Counted from the first letter of the stretch, positions 17,233 to 26,760 are shown. The stretch: 64,000 bases of DNA from Bacteroides sp. (GCA_036351255.1 JAZBOS010000115.1:3374-67373); one strand, 5' to 3'. The notes: generated by a model not told the origin, from the sequence alone. Numbers and translations: made by a program.

Positions 17233-20073
17233 ATGAAAAACGCTTTTCCCAAACTGTCCCTGTTTATTTTCCTCTTAACGGGCTTTGGCCTGCAGGGGAT
17301 TTTCGCACAGGTCACCATGAACCCGCCTCTACCCACTGCTACCGATGAAGTGGTGCTGACCTTCAATGCCGTTGGCACTGCCCTTGAAGATTATGATGGC
17401 AATATTTATTCGCATACGGGAGTAACCATCGAAGGTGCAACCAACCCCAGTGACAATGGCCGCTGGAAATATGTGATCGGCGACTGGGGAGAAAACGAGA
17501 CCCAACCCCAGTGGACGGAAATAGGCGACAACCTGTATGAACTCATCCTTGAACCCAGCATCCGCGAATTTTATGGCGTCCCCCAAAATCTGCAGATTAC
17601 TGAAATATGCCTGGTGATTCGCTCGGCCAATGATCCTTATCTTCAGACCAGCCCTGACATTTTCCTGGAAGTGGTGCAGGCGGGCCTGAGCGTGACCATC
17701 ACATCGCCCATCGGGCTGCAACCCATCTTTGAATTGGGAGAAACTGTCACTATTTCGGGCGCTGCCAACGATGCGGTTTTGATTTCCCTTTTTGTTAATG
17801 ATGAACTTACTTCCACCTCCACCGAGGCTACCTTATCATATGACTGGGAAGCGACAAGCCAAGGCCGTTATGATGTAAGGCTGGTAGCCGAAGACGAGAA
17901 CGAAGAAACCGTGGAGGCCACCACTTACTTTTATGTAAGGGGCAGCGTGCCTGTGGCAGCCCTTCCCGAAGGGTTGATCAGCGGGGCCAACTACCTGGAT
18001 GCAAGTACTGTGACACTGGTTTTGCACGACCCGCCAGCAATGAAGGAATTTGTCTTCCTGATCGGCGATTTCAATGAATGGGAAATCGACGAGGACTATT
18101 ATATGAACCGCACCCCTGACGGGGAATATTACTGGATTACCCTCGACGGCCTAACCCCCGATACCGAATATGCCTATCAGTATTATATTGACGGAGAGAT
18201 ACGCCTGGCCGACCCCTACACGCATAAGGTTCTCGATCCCTGGAATGATCAGTGGATCGAAAGCTTCAACTACCCCAACCTGAAGCCTTACCCTGCAGGC
18301 AAGACCGAAGGCATCGTGAGTGTCATCCATCCAGGCAAGGCCGAATACCAATGGCAGGTGACTGATTTTACACCGCCTGCCCCAATGGATATGGTAGTGT
18401 ATGAGTTGCACATCCGCGACTTTGTGGACACCCGTGCCATCAAAACGGTCAGGGACTCGCTCGACTACCTGCAGAACCTGGGCGTAAATGTTATTGAGCT
18501 GATGCCCATCAATGAGTTCGAAGGCAATAACTCCTGGGGGTACAACCCTTCGTTCTACTTTGCCACCGACAAGGCCTATGGCACGATGAACGACTACAAG
18601 GCGTTCATTGATGAATGCCACAGCCGCGGCATAGCTGTTGTGATTGACATGGTATTGAACCATAGCTTTGGGCAATCTCCCCTGATCCATATGTATTCGG
18701 GCGAAAACTTCTGGGAGCCCTCTTCCGACAACCCCTGGTACAATGTCACTTGCCCCCACGAGCCCTGGTGCTGGGGTGCCGACTTCAATCACCTGAGCCC
18801 CTATACCCAGGCCTTTGTTGACCGCGTGAATGAGTATTGGTTGACCGAGTTTAAAGTCGATGGTTTCCGCTTTGACTTCACCAAGGGCTTCACCAATGTG
18901 CAGTCGGGAGGTCAGGGCTGGAATTATGATGCCGTGCGGGTTGGACTCCTGAAAAGAATGGCTGACCATATCTGGACCGTCAACCCCGACACCTATGTCA
19001 TCCTTGAGCATTTCACCGACAACAGCGAGGAGAAGGAACTGGCCAATTACGGGATGATGATCTGGGGCAACATGAACCACAACTACCTGGAAGCGGCCAT
19101 GGGCTGGATCCCCGAGAGCAATTTCCAGTGGATCTCCTATAACGCCAGGGATTACGACAACCCCCACCTGGTGGGTTATATGGAAAGCCACGATGAGGAA
19201 AGGATGATGTACAAGAACATTACCTATGGTAATTCAAATAATCCGCAATACAACATCAAGGATCTGAGCATTGCCCTGCGCCGTGCCGAGCTGGCCGCAA
19301 CATTTCTCCTTACCATCCCCGGCCCGAGGATGATCTGGCAGTTTGGCGAGCTGGGCTACGATTATTCCATCAACTACTGTCCCCACAACGGGGAGATCAG
19401 TGATGAGTGCCGCACCGATCCCAAACCTGTGCGCTGGGATTACTTCGATGACTGGAGGCGCAAGCGGGTTTACGACATTTATTCGCTGATGGCCAATCTG
19501 AAAACCTCGGAGGAGGTATTCAGCACTGAAGATTTTACGCTGGACCTGGCGGGCAATGTCAAGCGGATTCACCTGAACCATCCCAACAATAAGGTGACCA
19601 TCATCGGAAACTTTGGAATCGAAGAGTTCGTCACCATTCCCAACTTCCAGCAAACGGGCACCTGGCACGAATACTTCAGCGGACAAACGCTGAATGTTAC
19701 CAACACCACGGATGCCATCACCCTTGAGCCTGGTGAGTATCGCCTCTATTCCACGGTGGCCTTCCCTGATCACGGCCTGCCGCTCTCATCGGAAGAACCC
19801 CTTGAAACCCTGAACAACCAGGCAAAGGTATACCCCAACCCATCTGCAAAAGGCTTCTGGTTTGAAATACCCCTAAGCCGTGCAGGCATGGTGACACTGG
19901 AAGTGTTCGACCTGCAGGGTAAGCAAGTCTTTCGCCAGGAGCAGGAAGGTCTTCCCGGCATCAACACCTGGTTCTGGAATGGTTTTGCCGGCGAAAGGGA
20001 AAAAGCAGGGCTTTATTTCTACCGCATCCTCACCGGAAACCAGTCGTTCTCGGGAAGGCTTATGATAAAATAA
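17233..20073 (+). CDS. GH13 alpha-amylase-family glycoside hydrolase with an E-set/CBM48-like domain and a T9SS CTD
   Basis: GH13 motifs VIDMVLNHS, GFRFDFTKG, ILEHF and YMESHDEER. C-terminal KVYPNPSAKGFWFE...GLYFYRILTG. The ATG at 17233 gives a signal peptide. Confidence 0.9.
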   Translation: MKNAFPKLSLFIFLLTGFGLQGIFAQVTMNPPLPTATDEVVLTFNAVGTALEDYDGNIYSHTGVTIEGATNPSDNGRWKYVIGDWGENETQPQWTEIGDNLYELILEPSIREFYGVPQNLQITEICLVIRSANDPYLQTSPDIFLEVVQAGLSVTITSPIGLQPIFELGETVTISGAANDAVLISLFVNDELTSTSTEATLSYDWEATSQGRYDVRLVAEDENEETVEATTYFYVRGSVPVAALPEGLISGANYLDASTVTLVLHDPPAMKEFVFLIGDFNEWEIDEDYYMNRTPDGEYYWITLDGLTPDTEYAYQYYIDGEIRLADPYTHKVLDPWNDQWIESFNYPNLKPYPAGKTEGIVSVIHPGKAEYQWQVTDFTPPAPMDMVVYELHIRDFVDTRAIKTVRDSLDYLQNLGVNVIELMPINEFEGNNSWGYNPSFYFATDKAYGTMNDYKAFIDECHSRGIAVVIDMVLNHSFGQSPLIHMYSGENFWEPSSDNPWYNVTCPHEPWCWGADFNHLSPYTQAFVDRVNEYWLTEFKVDGFRFDFTKGFTNVQSGGQGWNYDAVRVGLLKRMADHIWTVNPDTYVILEHFTDNSEEKELANYGMMIWGNMNHNYLEAAMGWIPESNFQWISYNARDYDNPHLVGYMESHDEERMMYKNITYGNSNNPQYNIKDLSIALRRAELAATFLLTIPGPRMIWQFGELGYDYSINYCPHNGEISDECRTDPKPVRWDYFDDWRRKRVYDIYSLMANLKTSEEVFSTEDFTLDLAGNVKRIHLNHPNNKVTIIGNFGIEEFVTIPNFQQTGTWHEYFSGQTLNVTNTTDAITLEPGEYRLYSTVAFPDHGLPLSSEEPLETLNNQAKVYPNPSAKGFWFEIPLSRAGMVTLEVFDLQGKQVFRQEQEGLPGINTWFWNGFAGEREKAGLYFYRILTGNQSFSGRLMIK

Positions 20074-20116
20074 AATCCCTGTGATCCGCACATTGCAGAT
20101 CCTTTTTTCAGAAAAA

Positions 20117-20150
20117 CAAAAAACCGCCTTTTTAAACGGGCGGTTTTTTG
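20117..20150. terminator. Bidirectional hairpin terminator between convergent genes
   Basis: The sequence aaaaaaccgcc-tttttaaacg-ggcggtttttt has A- and T-runs on both sides. Confidence 0.65.
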
Positions 20151-20188
20151 TTTTATGGAGAATCTGGCCAGAAATGACCATCAAGGCC

Positions 20189-21832
20189 TTATTTTACAAC
20201 CAAAATCTTGATGTTAACCCCATTGCCTAAATTGACGGGGGTATTCCCCGGATTGAAAATGGCTACCCTGGCATGGGCGGTGCCATTATTCACGCTTTCC
20301 AGGTAAACGTTCATCAGGCAGCCTTGCAGGCTAACATCGGCCGATGCAATGAGGATATCGCCCATCTCAACGGCAGGAAAGTCCTCGGGTTGCTGAAGCA
20401 CGAAGGTAGGTGAAAGCCATCTTGAGCCAGCAGTAATGTTTCCGGGATTTACCGTAGTGTTGGCATTCGAGTTGACCCCGCCAGTAATGGTAGAGGCGAT
20501 CTGGATCCCTCCCGGGGAGTTGTTTACCACGATGCCATAACCGGCAGAAATATTGCCAATGTCGAAATCACCGGTTGTAGCATTGCCGATTAACAGTTGC
20601 CCGTCGCCTGCCAGGCTGGCGTCCAGTCCCGTCCCACCGTTCTCCACCGGAAGAATGCCGGTGACTTTGGTAGTCAGGTCGATGGTTGAATTGGAAATGT
20701 CCTCATTAAGGATGGTTTCATTCAAAATGGTGCGGCTATCCACTGCACCCGTTGCCAGGTCGATATTCACAAGGCTATTGTCAAGGATGGCCCTAGAATC
20801 AACAGAACCCGTGGAGAGGTCTTCATTTATAATAGTATTGTTCAGCAAAGTCCTTGTATCCACCGAACCCGTGGCGATATCTTCATTCAGGATGGTTAAG
20901 TCAAGGAGAACGCGTGTGTCCACGGCACCAGTAGCCATATCCTGATTCAGGAGGGTGTTGTCAAGAATGGTCCTGGTGTCAATGGAGCCCGTGGCAATAT
21001 CCTCGTTCAGGATGGTAAAGTCGAGCAGGGTGCGGGTATCAACGGCAGCGGTGGCAATGTCCTGGTTGACCAGGGTGGAGTCAAGGATTGTCCTGGAGTC
21101 GACTGAGCCAGTGGCAATATCCTCGTTCAGGATGGTAAAGTCGAGCAGGGTGCGGGTATCAACCGACCCAGTAGCAATGTCTTCATTGAGGATGGTGAAA
21201 TCAAGCAGGGTCCTGGTATCCACAGAACCCGTGGCAATGTCTTCATTCAGAATTGTATAATCCAGGAGGGTACGGGTATCAATACTCCCTGTGGACATGT
21301 CCTGGTTAAGGATGGTATAGTCGAGGATCTTCTCGGTGGTGATGGCATTATCGGCAATGTCATCGGTATAAAAGGAATAGGGCACCGACATGAATTGCTG
21401 GTAGCTGACCATTTTGTAATTGCCATCGTTTCTTGTAGCAATTTCAACCTTGAGAAACTGATCGGCATCAATCCAGGGTAAATCAAGCAATCTTTCATAG
21501 CCGCCGTTTCCCGTTTGCTCTCCATGGCCAATGACCAGTGAAAACAAGCCATACTTGTCGGTGGTGGTGGTATGCGTCTCCTGCCATTGAATGGGTCCAT
21601 TCAGTCCTTTGGTAATGGTAAAGCGCACCCCAATGGCTTTATGATACAAGGGCTTGCCTTCAATATCCATACCCACGATCTCCTGGCCGGTTTCATCAAC
21701 GGCCACCGCCTGGTAATAAATCCCATTGAGGTCCCCAATATTCTGAGCGGAAACATTTTGGGTCATGGCTGTGAACAGCAATGCAACCAGGTATAAAATA
21801 TTTTTCATCTTTTTTGCTTTTAGGTTAATCAT
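20189..21832 (-). CDS. Secreted tail-fibre-like repeat protein (11 x 20-aa repeats)
   Basis: Signal peptide, then an N-terminal GIYYQAVAVDETGQEIVG domain. This is followed by eleven (V/I)D(T/S)RT(L/I)LDxT(I/L)LN(E/Q)D(I/M)(A/S)TG(S/A) repeats, then ILPVENGGTG and a C-terminal domain. The ATG at 21830-21832 overlaps the upstream stop (TAATG). An alternative ATG lies at 21808. Confidence 0.7.
   Translation of the reverse strand: MINLKAKKMKNILYLVALLFTAMTQNVSAQNIGDLNGIYYQAVAVDETGQEIVGMDIEGKPLYHKAIGVRFTITKGLNGPIQWQETHTTTTDKYGLFSLVIGHGEQTGNGGYERLLDLPWIDADQFLKVEIATRNDGNYKMVSYQQFMSVPYSFYTDDIADNAITTEKILDYTILNQDMSTGSIDTRTLLDYTILNEDIATGSVDTRTLLDFTILNEDIATGSVDTRTLLDFTILNEDIATGSVDSRTILDSTLVNQDIATAAVDTRTLLDFTILNEDIATGSIDTRTILDNTLLNQDMATGAVDTRVLLDLTILNEDIATGSVDTRTLLNNTIINEDLSTGSVDSRAILDNSLVNIDLATGAVDSRTILNETILNEDISNSTIDLTTKVTGILPVENGGTGLDASLAGDGQLLIGNATTGDFDIGNISAGYGIVVNNSPGGIQIASTITGGVNSNANTTVNPGNITAGSRWLSPTFVLQQPEDFPAVEMGDILIASADVSLQGCLMNVYLESVNNGTAHARVAIFNPGNTPVNLGNGVNIKILVVK
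20684..21343 (-). repeat. In-frame tandem array of eleven 60-bp repeats inside the fibre-like gene
   Basis: Several units are nearly identical at the DNA level. For example, 21001-21060 and 21121-21180 share cctcgttcaggatggtaaagtcgagcagggtgcgggtatcaac. Confidence 0.85.
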
Positions 21833-22461
21833 TACTTGGAAAGGTTAAAGGAAAGACCCAGGGTCAGGGAATAAGCCACATTGCTGGCTTTTTGCCCTTC
21901 ATCCGTTTCAATGTTTTGCAGCCCGCGGATATAATTGAATTCGGCAAAGCCGGCAACAGATTCCGACAGCTTTAATTCAACCCCGGGGGAAATGACCAGC
22001 CCATAGTCCCACCTTTTCAGCAAATCAGCCTTAGTGATGTTGAAATCTTCATTATTAAGGGTCTGGAAGCCTCTCAGCAAGTAAGAGGTGTACCATGAGG
22101 CCACCAGGTAGGGAAAGACTTTCTCAAACCTGTACATGTAGCCGAGGCCAGCCTTTAAATCTGCATATTGCAGGTCCCAGGAATAGTTCATGTCATCATA
22201 AACCAGGCTGGCACCTGCTTTTCGCATGCCAATCACCGACCGGACTACGAAGCCGCCATCGGTCACATACCGGTATCCAAAACCATAGGCACCATTGAAA
22301 ATTCCAAGGTATTCCTTGTTGAGCTGTTGTCCATCACTGGCGGTAAACAGGAAGGAAGTGTAGGCTTGTGAGACCTCTGCGGAAAGGCTCGACTGTGCAA
22401 TAAGCGGGGCTGAAAAGACCATGACGCTTGCAAGCAAAACAATTTGTTTTATGATTTTCAT
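21832..22461 (-). CDS. Small outer-membrane beta-barrel (porin-family/OMP_b-brl type) protein
   Basis: Signal peptide ending IAQ. About 190 aa of alternating beta-strand pattern ending ...LGLSFNLSK. Confidence 0.7.
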   Translation of the reverse strand: MKIIKQIVLLASVMVFSAPLIAQSSLSAEVSQAYTSFLFTASDGQQLNKEYLGIFNGAYGFGYRYVTDGGFVVRSVIGMRKAGASLVYDDMNYSWDLQYADLKAGLGYMYRFEKVFPYLVASWYTSYLLRGFQTLNNEDFNITKADLLKRWDYGLVISPGVELKLSESVAGFAEFNYIRGLQNIETDEGQKASNVAYSLTLGLSFNLSK

Positions 22462-22468
22462 CGCAGGA

Positions 22469-22987
22469 TTATTTTGAGATTACAAGTTTAAATGTGCTAC
22501 TCCTTTGGGATTGATCCGAAACGGTAATAAAATAAATGCCATTGACCCATGATTCACAATCCATCCGGAATGTTTGAAGGTTCTGTACCCTTTCCACAAG
22601 GATGGGGCGTCCCTCCATATCCCACACCTGAATAATGGATTCTTCCAGCTCTTCCCTGCTTTGTAAGGTAAAAGAGTAGCTGGCCGGATTGGGGAATACC
22701 TTCAGGTCCAAAGCCCCAAGGGAAAGTTCCGTCAACGCTTCTATTGACAAAGTATTGGGCTGCTGGAAGCCTGGCAGGATGGCAACCTTATTATCCGAAA
22801 TGCCAGTGGTGTTGAAAGCTTGCCCTGCGGTTTGTGAAACCAGGATACCGTCGGTCAATGTACTTGAACCCATGGCAGATATGCTTTGACGCTTTATGGA
22901 TTGTGAAAAACTTTCCTTAGGCACCCCAAGGATAGCCACCATGATCGATAAAGCAATCAAAAAAACTTCGAAATGTTTTTTTTTCAT
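22469..22987 (-). CDS. Small T9SS CTD-containing secreted protein
   Basis: Signal peptide, an N-terminal segment ending ILPGFQQP, then a CTD reading KVFPNPASYSFTL...NGIYFITV...KLVISK. Confidence 0.7.
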   Translation of the reverse strand: MKKKHFEVFLIALSIMVAILGVPKESFSQSIKRQSISAMGSSTLTDGILVSQTAGQAFNTTGISDNKVAILPGFQQPNTLSIEALTELSLGALDLKVFPNPASYSFTLQSREELEESIIQVWDMEGRPILVERVQNLQTFRMDCESWVNGIYFITVSDQSQRSSTFKLVISK

Positions 22988-23205
22988 GGCTTATGAATAT
23001 TTTTACAAAAAGAGGAAACAGCAAAAAACAAGAAAAATCGGGCAGAAGATCATCAAAGACTTTATAAACCAATCATTCGCAAATATAAAAATAATATGCA
23101 ATTATGTAAATTCAACGAAGAGTTTCATCACCCAAGAAGTCAAAAAAATAAAAAAAAAGAAAACCTGAAAGGAAGGTAATTGTATGAGCTACTTAATTGT
23201 CCTGC

Positions 23206-23976
23206 TCAGAGGAGTTTTTCCTTTTCCAGGATATTCTTCAGCCGCGTCACCGAAACATAACGGTCGGCCAGCAGCCTGCCATTATGCAAGAGATTGAATA
23301 CCGCGTAAGATGAAGGGGCCTGTTGGGCTTCAGACGGCACAGTCAACTCTTTGATCTGCATCTTCAATTTGTCCTCAAGACCCTCCTCCCTGATTTCATC
23401 AATCAGCCGGGCTACCCAGGGGCATTGCCTGGAATAAAGGATATGCAAGCCCTGGAAATCGGCCTGCCTGGCTTTCCAGTCGTTGAGATGCGGAAGGGGC
23501 CCTTCCTTCAGGGGCCTGACCAATAGTTGGTTGCCTGCACCATCTTCCTCCAGCAGTTCAAAGCCGTTCTTCAGAAACAACCTGCTTTCGGCCATAAACG
23601 AACCCTTGCTGGTTATCACGGCAAGCCCGAGGGCATTGCTTTCCCGGGCATCCTCGAGGCAGGATTCGACCAGCAACGAACCATATCCCTTTCCCTTGTT
23701 GTTGTTTGGATACAAAAAAATACAATGAATAAACAGGTATCCTTCGGCCGAAACGGCACGCCAGGCAAACTGTCCAGGGACATATTCAATCAGACCGGCA
23801 GCCTTTTTCTGGCCTTCCACAAACAACAGCTTAATTTGCAAACCTTCCGAAAAACGCTGCTTCAGCCATTCTGTCTTATGGGGAAAACTTGGATGCTTTG
23901 GGTTGATAAAGCAAACCACGTCAGGATACTGGCTGAGGTTGTTTGCATCTACACCGATGATACTGATCTTTTCCAT
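23206..23976 (-). CDS. GNAT N-acetyltransferase fused to a YoaP-like C-terminal domain
   Basis: Acetyl-CoA-binding style motif NKGKGYGSLLVESCLEDA. The C-terminal half (ILYSRQCPW...YAVFNLLHNGRLL) resembles the YoaP domain. Confidence 0.7.
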   Translation of the reverse strand: MEKISIIGVDANNLSQYPDVVCFINPKHPSFPHKTEWLKQRFSEGLQIKLLFVEGQKKAAGLIEYVPGQFAWRAVSAEGYLFIHCIFLYPNNNKGKGYGSLLVESCLEDARESNALGLAVITSKGSFMAESRLFLKNGFELLEEDGAGNQLLVRPLKEGPLPHLNDWKARQADFQGLHILYSRQCPWVARLIDEIREEGLEDKLKMQIKELTVPSEAQQAPSSYAVFNLLHNGRLLADRYVSVTRLKNILEKEKLL

Positions 23977-24067
23977 CAGTCAAACTTTTTAACCTTGATG
24001 AATGGTTACAAACATCCAGGGCATTCAGGGCCTGAATGAAGTGAAAAAAGAATGCTGAAGTTCCGCC

Positions 24068-24517
24068 TTAAAAGGCGTTCATCATGCTTACTCCGACCAT
24101 CATCCCGAAGATGGCCAGTAAATAAATCACGGCCCCGATAATGACCAGCACACCCATATACTGATAATGCAGTCTCAGGAAATGCAAAGCACGTGCAAGG
24201 GTATTTTCGTCACGTGTTTCAAGGGCCGATTTCGACAGGCGTGAGAATTGAAGCAGGTACCAGAACGGGAAAAAATAAATCACCGCAAAGATCAGCAAGG
24301 GAATCAGGGTAAACATGGGGGTGCCAAAAGCGGGCATTTCGGGCAGGGCGAAATGACGCATGGCGAAAAAGGGTGTAAGCACCATCAGGGCGATAAAGAT
24401 CAGGCCCATAATCGATAGGAAAAGGGTCCATTTCCTGGCCTTTTCCAAATGGCTCATGGCTTCCTGATTGAGCCCCAGCAGGTTTCTGTCAAGCGTTGAA
24501 TCTGTAATGATTTCCAT
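24068..24517 (-). CDS. Hypothetical integral membrane protein (about four TM helices)
   Basis: Hydrophobic segments only. I did not recognise a family. Confidence 0.6.
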   Translation of the reverse strand: MEIITDSTLDRNLLGLNQEAMSHLEKARKWTLFLSIMGLIFIALMVLTPFFAMRHFALPEMPAFGTPMFTLIPLLIFAVIYFFPFWYLLQFSRLSKSALETRDENTLARALHFLRLHYQYMGVLVIIGAVIYLLAIFGMMVGVSMMNAF

Positions 24518-24815
24518 AAGGCTTCGTTTTTAGTTTGACTTGAGAAATAGGGGTTCCCGAAAGGAACTTCCTGAAAGTCAGGATTTGTCACCTTGAATGC
24601 AAATATATTCAATAATTGACAAAAGGGAAAGGTATTGCAGCATTAATCTCTTCCTCAGGGCAAAGCCAATGGCATGACCTTCCCTCTCCTGCTTAAAAAA
24701 AGGGTTTTCTGAATCAATCTTACCCTAAAAACCAGGATGCGGTGATTTTTTATTAAGTTTGAATGATCTTATCCAAAAAGAAAGAACCTGGGAATTCTTT
24801 CTGTAAATGCTTTGA

Positions 24816-25427
24816 ATGATGGAAGAAAAAACCGTAAACTGTTCTGGATGCAAGACCTATCCTTGTTACCAGGGCGAGGACTGCGTCCGGGGGCAGGATT
24901 TCAGCGAATATGACGGCCCTGTGCGGGAAGCCCTTGGTTTGGAGGAAAACAGAAAGATGCTGGCGGTGTCAACCCGGATCGAAGGCGAACACTATATGGA
25001 ATGGACCCGCCTGGAGGAGATTATCGGCTTTGCCGAACAGATGGGCTATAAAACAATTGGCTTAGCCCATTGTGTGGGGCTGACCAACGAGGCAAAACTA
25101 CTGAGGGACATCCTCCAGAGCAAATTTACTGTCCATACCATTTGCTGTAAATTCTCGGGCATCGACAAGAAGGATTACCAGCTTAGCCAGATCAGGGACG
25201 AGCGCTATGAAGCCATCTGCAACCCAATAGGCCAGGCTATGATCCTCAACGACCTCAAGACCGACCTGAACCTGATCGTGGGCTTATGCATTGGCCACGA
25301 TATCCTGTTCACCAAATACTCGGAAGCGCCCGTAACCACCTTTCTGGTGAAGGACAGGGTTACAGGACACAACCCTGCGGTGACACTCTATTCGAACTAT
25401 TACAAGAAAAAACTTAACACACCCTGA
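24816..25427 (+). CDS. Cys-rich metal-binding-like protein (DUF1847-like)
   Basis: N-terminal NCSGCKTYPCYQGEDC cluster, with further conserved Cys residues. The family assignment is from memory only. Confidence 0.55.
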   Translation: MMEEKTVNCSGCKTYPCYQGEDCVRGQDFSEYDGPVREALGLEENRKMLAVSTRIEGEHYMEWTRLEEIIGFAEQMGYKTIGLAHCVGLTNEAKLLRDILQSKFTVHTICCKFSGIDKKDYQLSQIRDERYEAICNPIGQAMILNDLKTDLNLIVGLCIGHDILFTKYSEAPVTTFLVKDRVTGHNPAVTLYSNYYKKKLNTP

Positions 25428-25642
25428 TCCCTTTTGTAATCTCCCATTTTCATTCTTTCTTTCCTATTCCTGCCTGAGCTGGGGAAATGCCTTTTATTCC
25501 AGGAATTATCTTTTGACAACATGCTTTTGCATATCGTTGACTTAAAAAGCCAATGAAATTAAACTTAATGAAGGGTTTCTTCCCGGGAATTTTTTTCGCT
25601 TTTGCTGCCTGCTTTAATCCTTATTTCCAGTAACCATCTTAG

Positions 25643-25707
25643 GGGTTTAACCGGTGTTTAGACGGTGTTTATTCGGTTTAAACCGAATAAACACCGTCTA
25701 AACTATG
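25643..25707. repeat. Intergenic 11-bp-phased palindromic element, copy B
   Basis: Perfect 48-bp palindrome at 25656-25703 (gtttagacggtgtttattcggtttaaaccgaataaacaccgtctaaac). The G of each CpG falls at 25653, 25664, 25675, 25685 and 25696. Confidence 0.85.
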
Positions 25708-25846
25708 TCTGAAGTGTAAAACTGCAAGAGACTAAACAGGCCTTAAAAGCTTTCCCGGTCAATCAAGATCTTTAGCATGCCTGCTTCTTCCTCATCAAAG
25801 CAAAAAGCTCTTTCTAACCATTTTCAATTCAAACATTCAAAACCCT

Positions 25847-25854
25847 TATCTTTG
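25847..25854 (+). promoter_or_regulatory. Candidate -7 promoter box (TATCTTTG)
   Basis: TAnnTTTG match 19 nt upstream of the ATG at 25873. It lies inside the track's extended ORF, which argues against the 25777 start. Confidence 0.4.
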
Positions 25855-25872
25855 TCCTTTTACCAAAAACAA

Positions 25873-26643
25873 ATGCGAATCATTTCTTATAACGTTAACG
25901 GCATCCGTTCAGCCATCAGCAAGGGTTTCCTTGAATGGCTCGAGGGAGAGCGACCGGATGTGGTATGCCTGCAGGAGACCAAGGCCCAGCCCGATCAAAT
26001 TCCGATGTTTCACTTTGAAGAGCTGGGCTACCGCAGCTACTGGCACTCGGCCGAAAAGAAGGGCTACAGCGGGGTTGCGATTCTGAGTCGCGAGGAGCCC
26101 GATCACGTGGAATATGGAATGGGCAATCCCCTTTACGACAGGGAAGGACGCGTGATCCGCGCCGATTATGGCCCGCTCTCGGTGATGAGCGTGTATCATC
26201 CCAGCGGCAGTAGCGGCGATGAGCGCCAGGCCTTCAAGATGCAATGGCTGGAGCATTTCCTGGAATATATCCTGGAACTCAGGAGGGAGCGTCCATTTTT
26301 GGTGATGGCAGGCGATTACAACATCTGCCATCGGCCCATCGATATCCACGACCCGGTAAGAAATGCCAAATCTTCAGGCTTCCTGCCCGAGGAGCGCGAG
26401 TGGGTGAGCCGTTTCCTTACGGCAGGGCATATCGACACCTTCCGTTATTTTGACAAGGCTCCACACCAATACTCCTGGTGGAGTTTCAGGGCCAATGCCC
26501 GGCAGAAGAACCTGGGCTGGCGCATTGATTACCACATGGTGACTGACAACCTGGAGAAGCAGCTGAAGGGAGCCGGTATTATGCCCGATGTGGTGCATTC
26601 TGACCACTGCCCTGTATGGCTGGATCTGGATTCGGATATTTAA
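25873..26643 (+). CDS. xth: Exodeoxyribonuclease III
   Basis: Begins MRIISYNVNGIRSA, with ...CLQETK...GDYNICH...VHSDHCPV. These are canonical ExoIII/AP endonuclease motifs. Confidence 0.92.
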   Translation: MRIISYNVNGIRSAISKGFLEWLEGERPDVVCLQETKAQPDQIPMFHFEELGYRSYWHSAEKKGYSGVAILSREEPDHVEYGMGNPLYDREGRVIRADYGPLSVMSVYHPSGSSGDERQAFKMQWLEHFLEYILELRRERPFLVMAGDYNICHRPIDIHDPVRNAKSSGFLPEEREWVSRFLTAGHIDTFRYFDKAPHQYSWWSFRANARQKNLGWRIDYHMVTDNLEKQLKGAGIMPDVVHSDHCPVWLDLDSDI

Positions 26644-26760
26644 ATGACAGGCGTTCAAATCAGGCGGATCTTCAGCCTTTTTTCGTACATTTACTTATTC
26701 AAGCAATATGGAAAAACCATTTCGTTTTTTATATAAAAACAAGAATCAAACCCCACAACT

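Noticed and set aside
18151-19191. 346-aa minus-strand ORF
   Set aside because: It is antisense to the GH13 catalytic domain, which has all the canonical motifs on the plus strand. This is a shadow ORF.
20684-21343. Possible CRISPR array, considered because of regular 60-bp repeats (likewise the 45-bp repeats at about 11810-12175)
   Set aside because: The repeats are contiguous with no spacers. They are in-frame within ORFs that have signal peptides. No cas genes are nearby. These are coding tandem repeats.
25777-25872. 96-nt N-terminal extension of xth given in the track (start at 25777)
   Set aside because: Homologous ExoIII proteins start at MRIISYNVNG. A TAnnTTTG box at 25847-25854 lies inside the extension, and the extension is Ser/Lys-rich low complexity.
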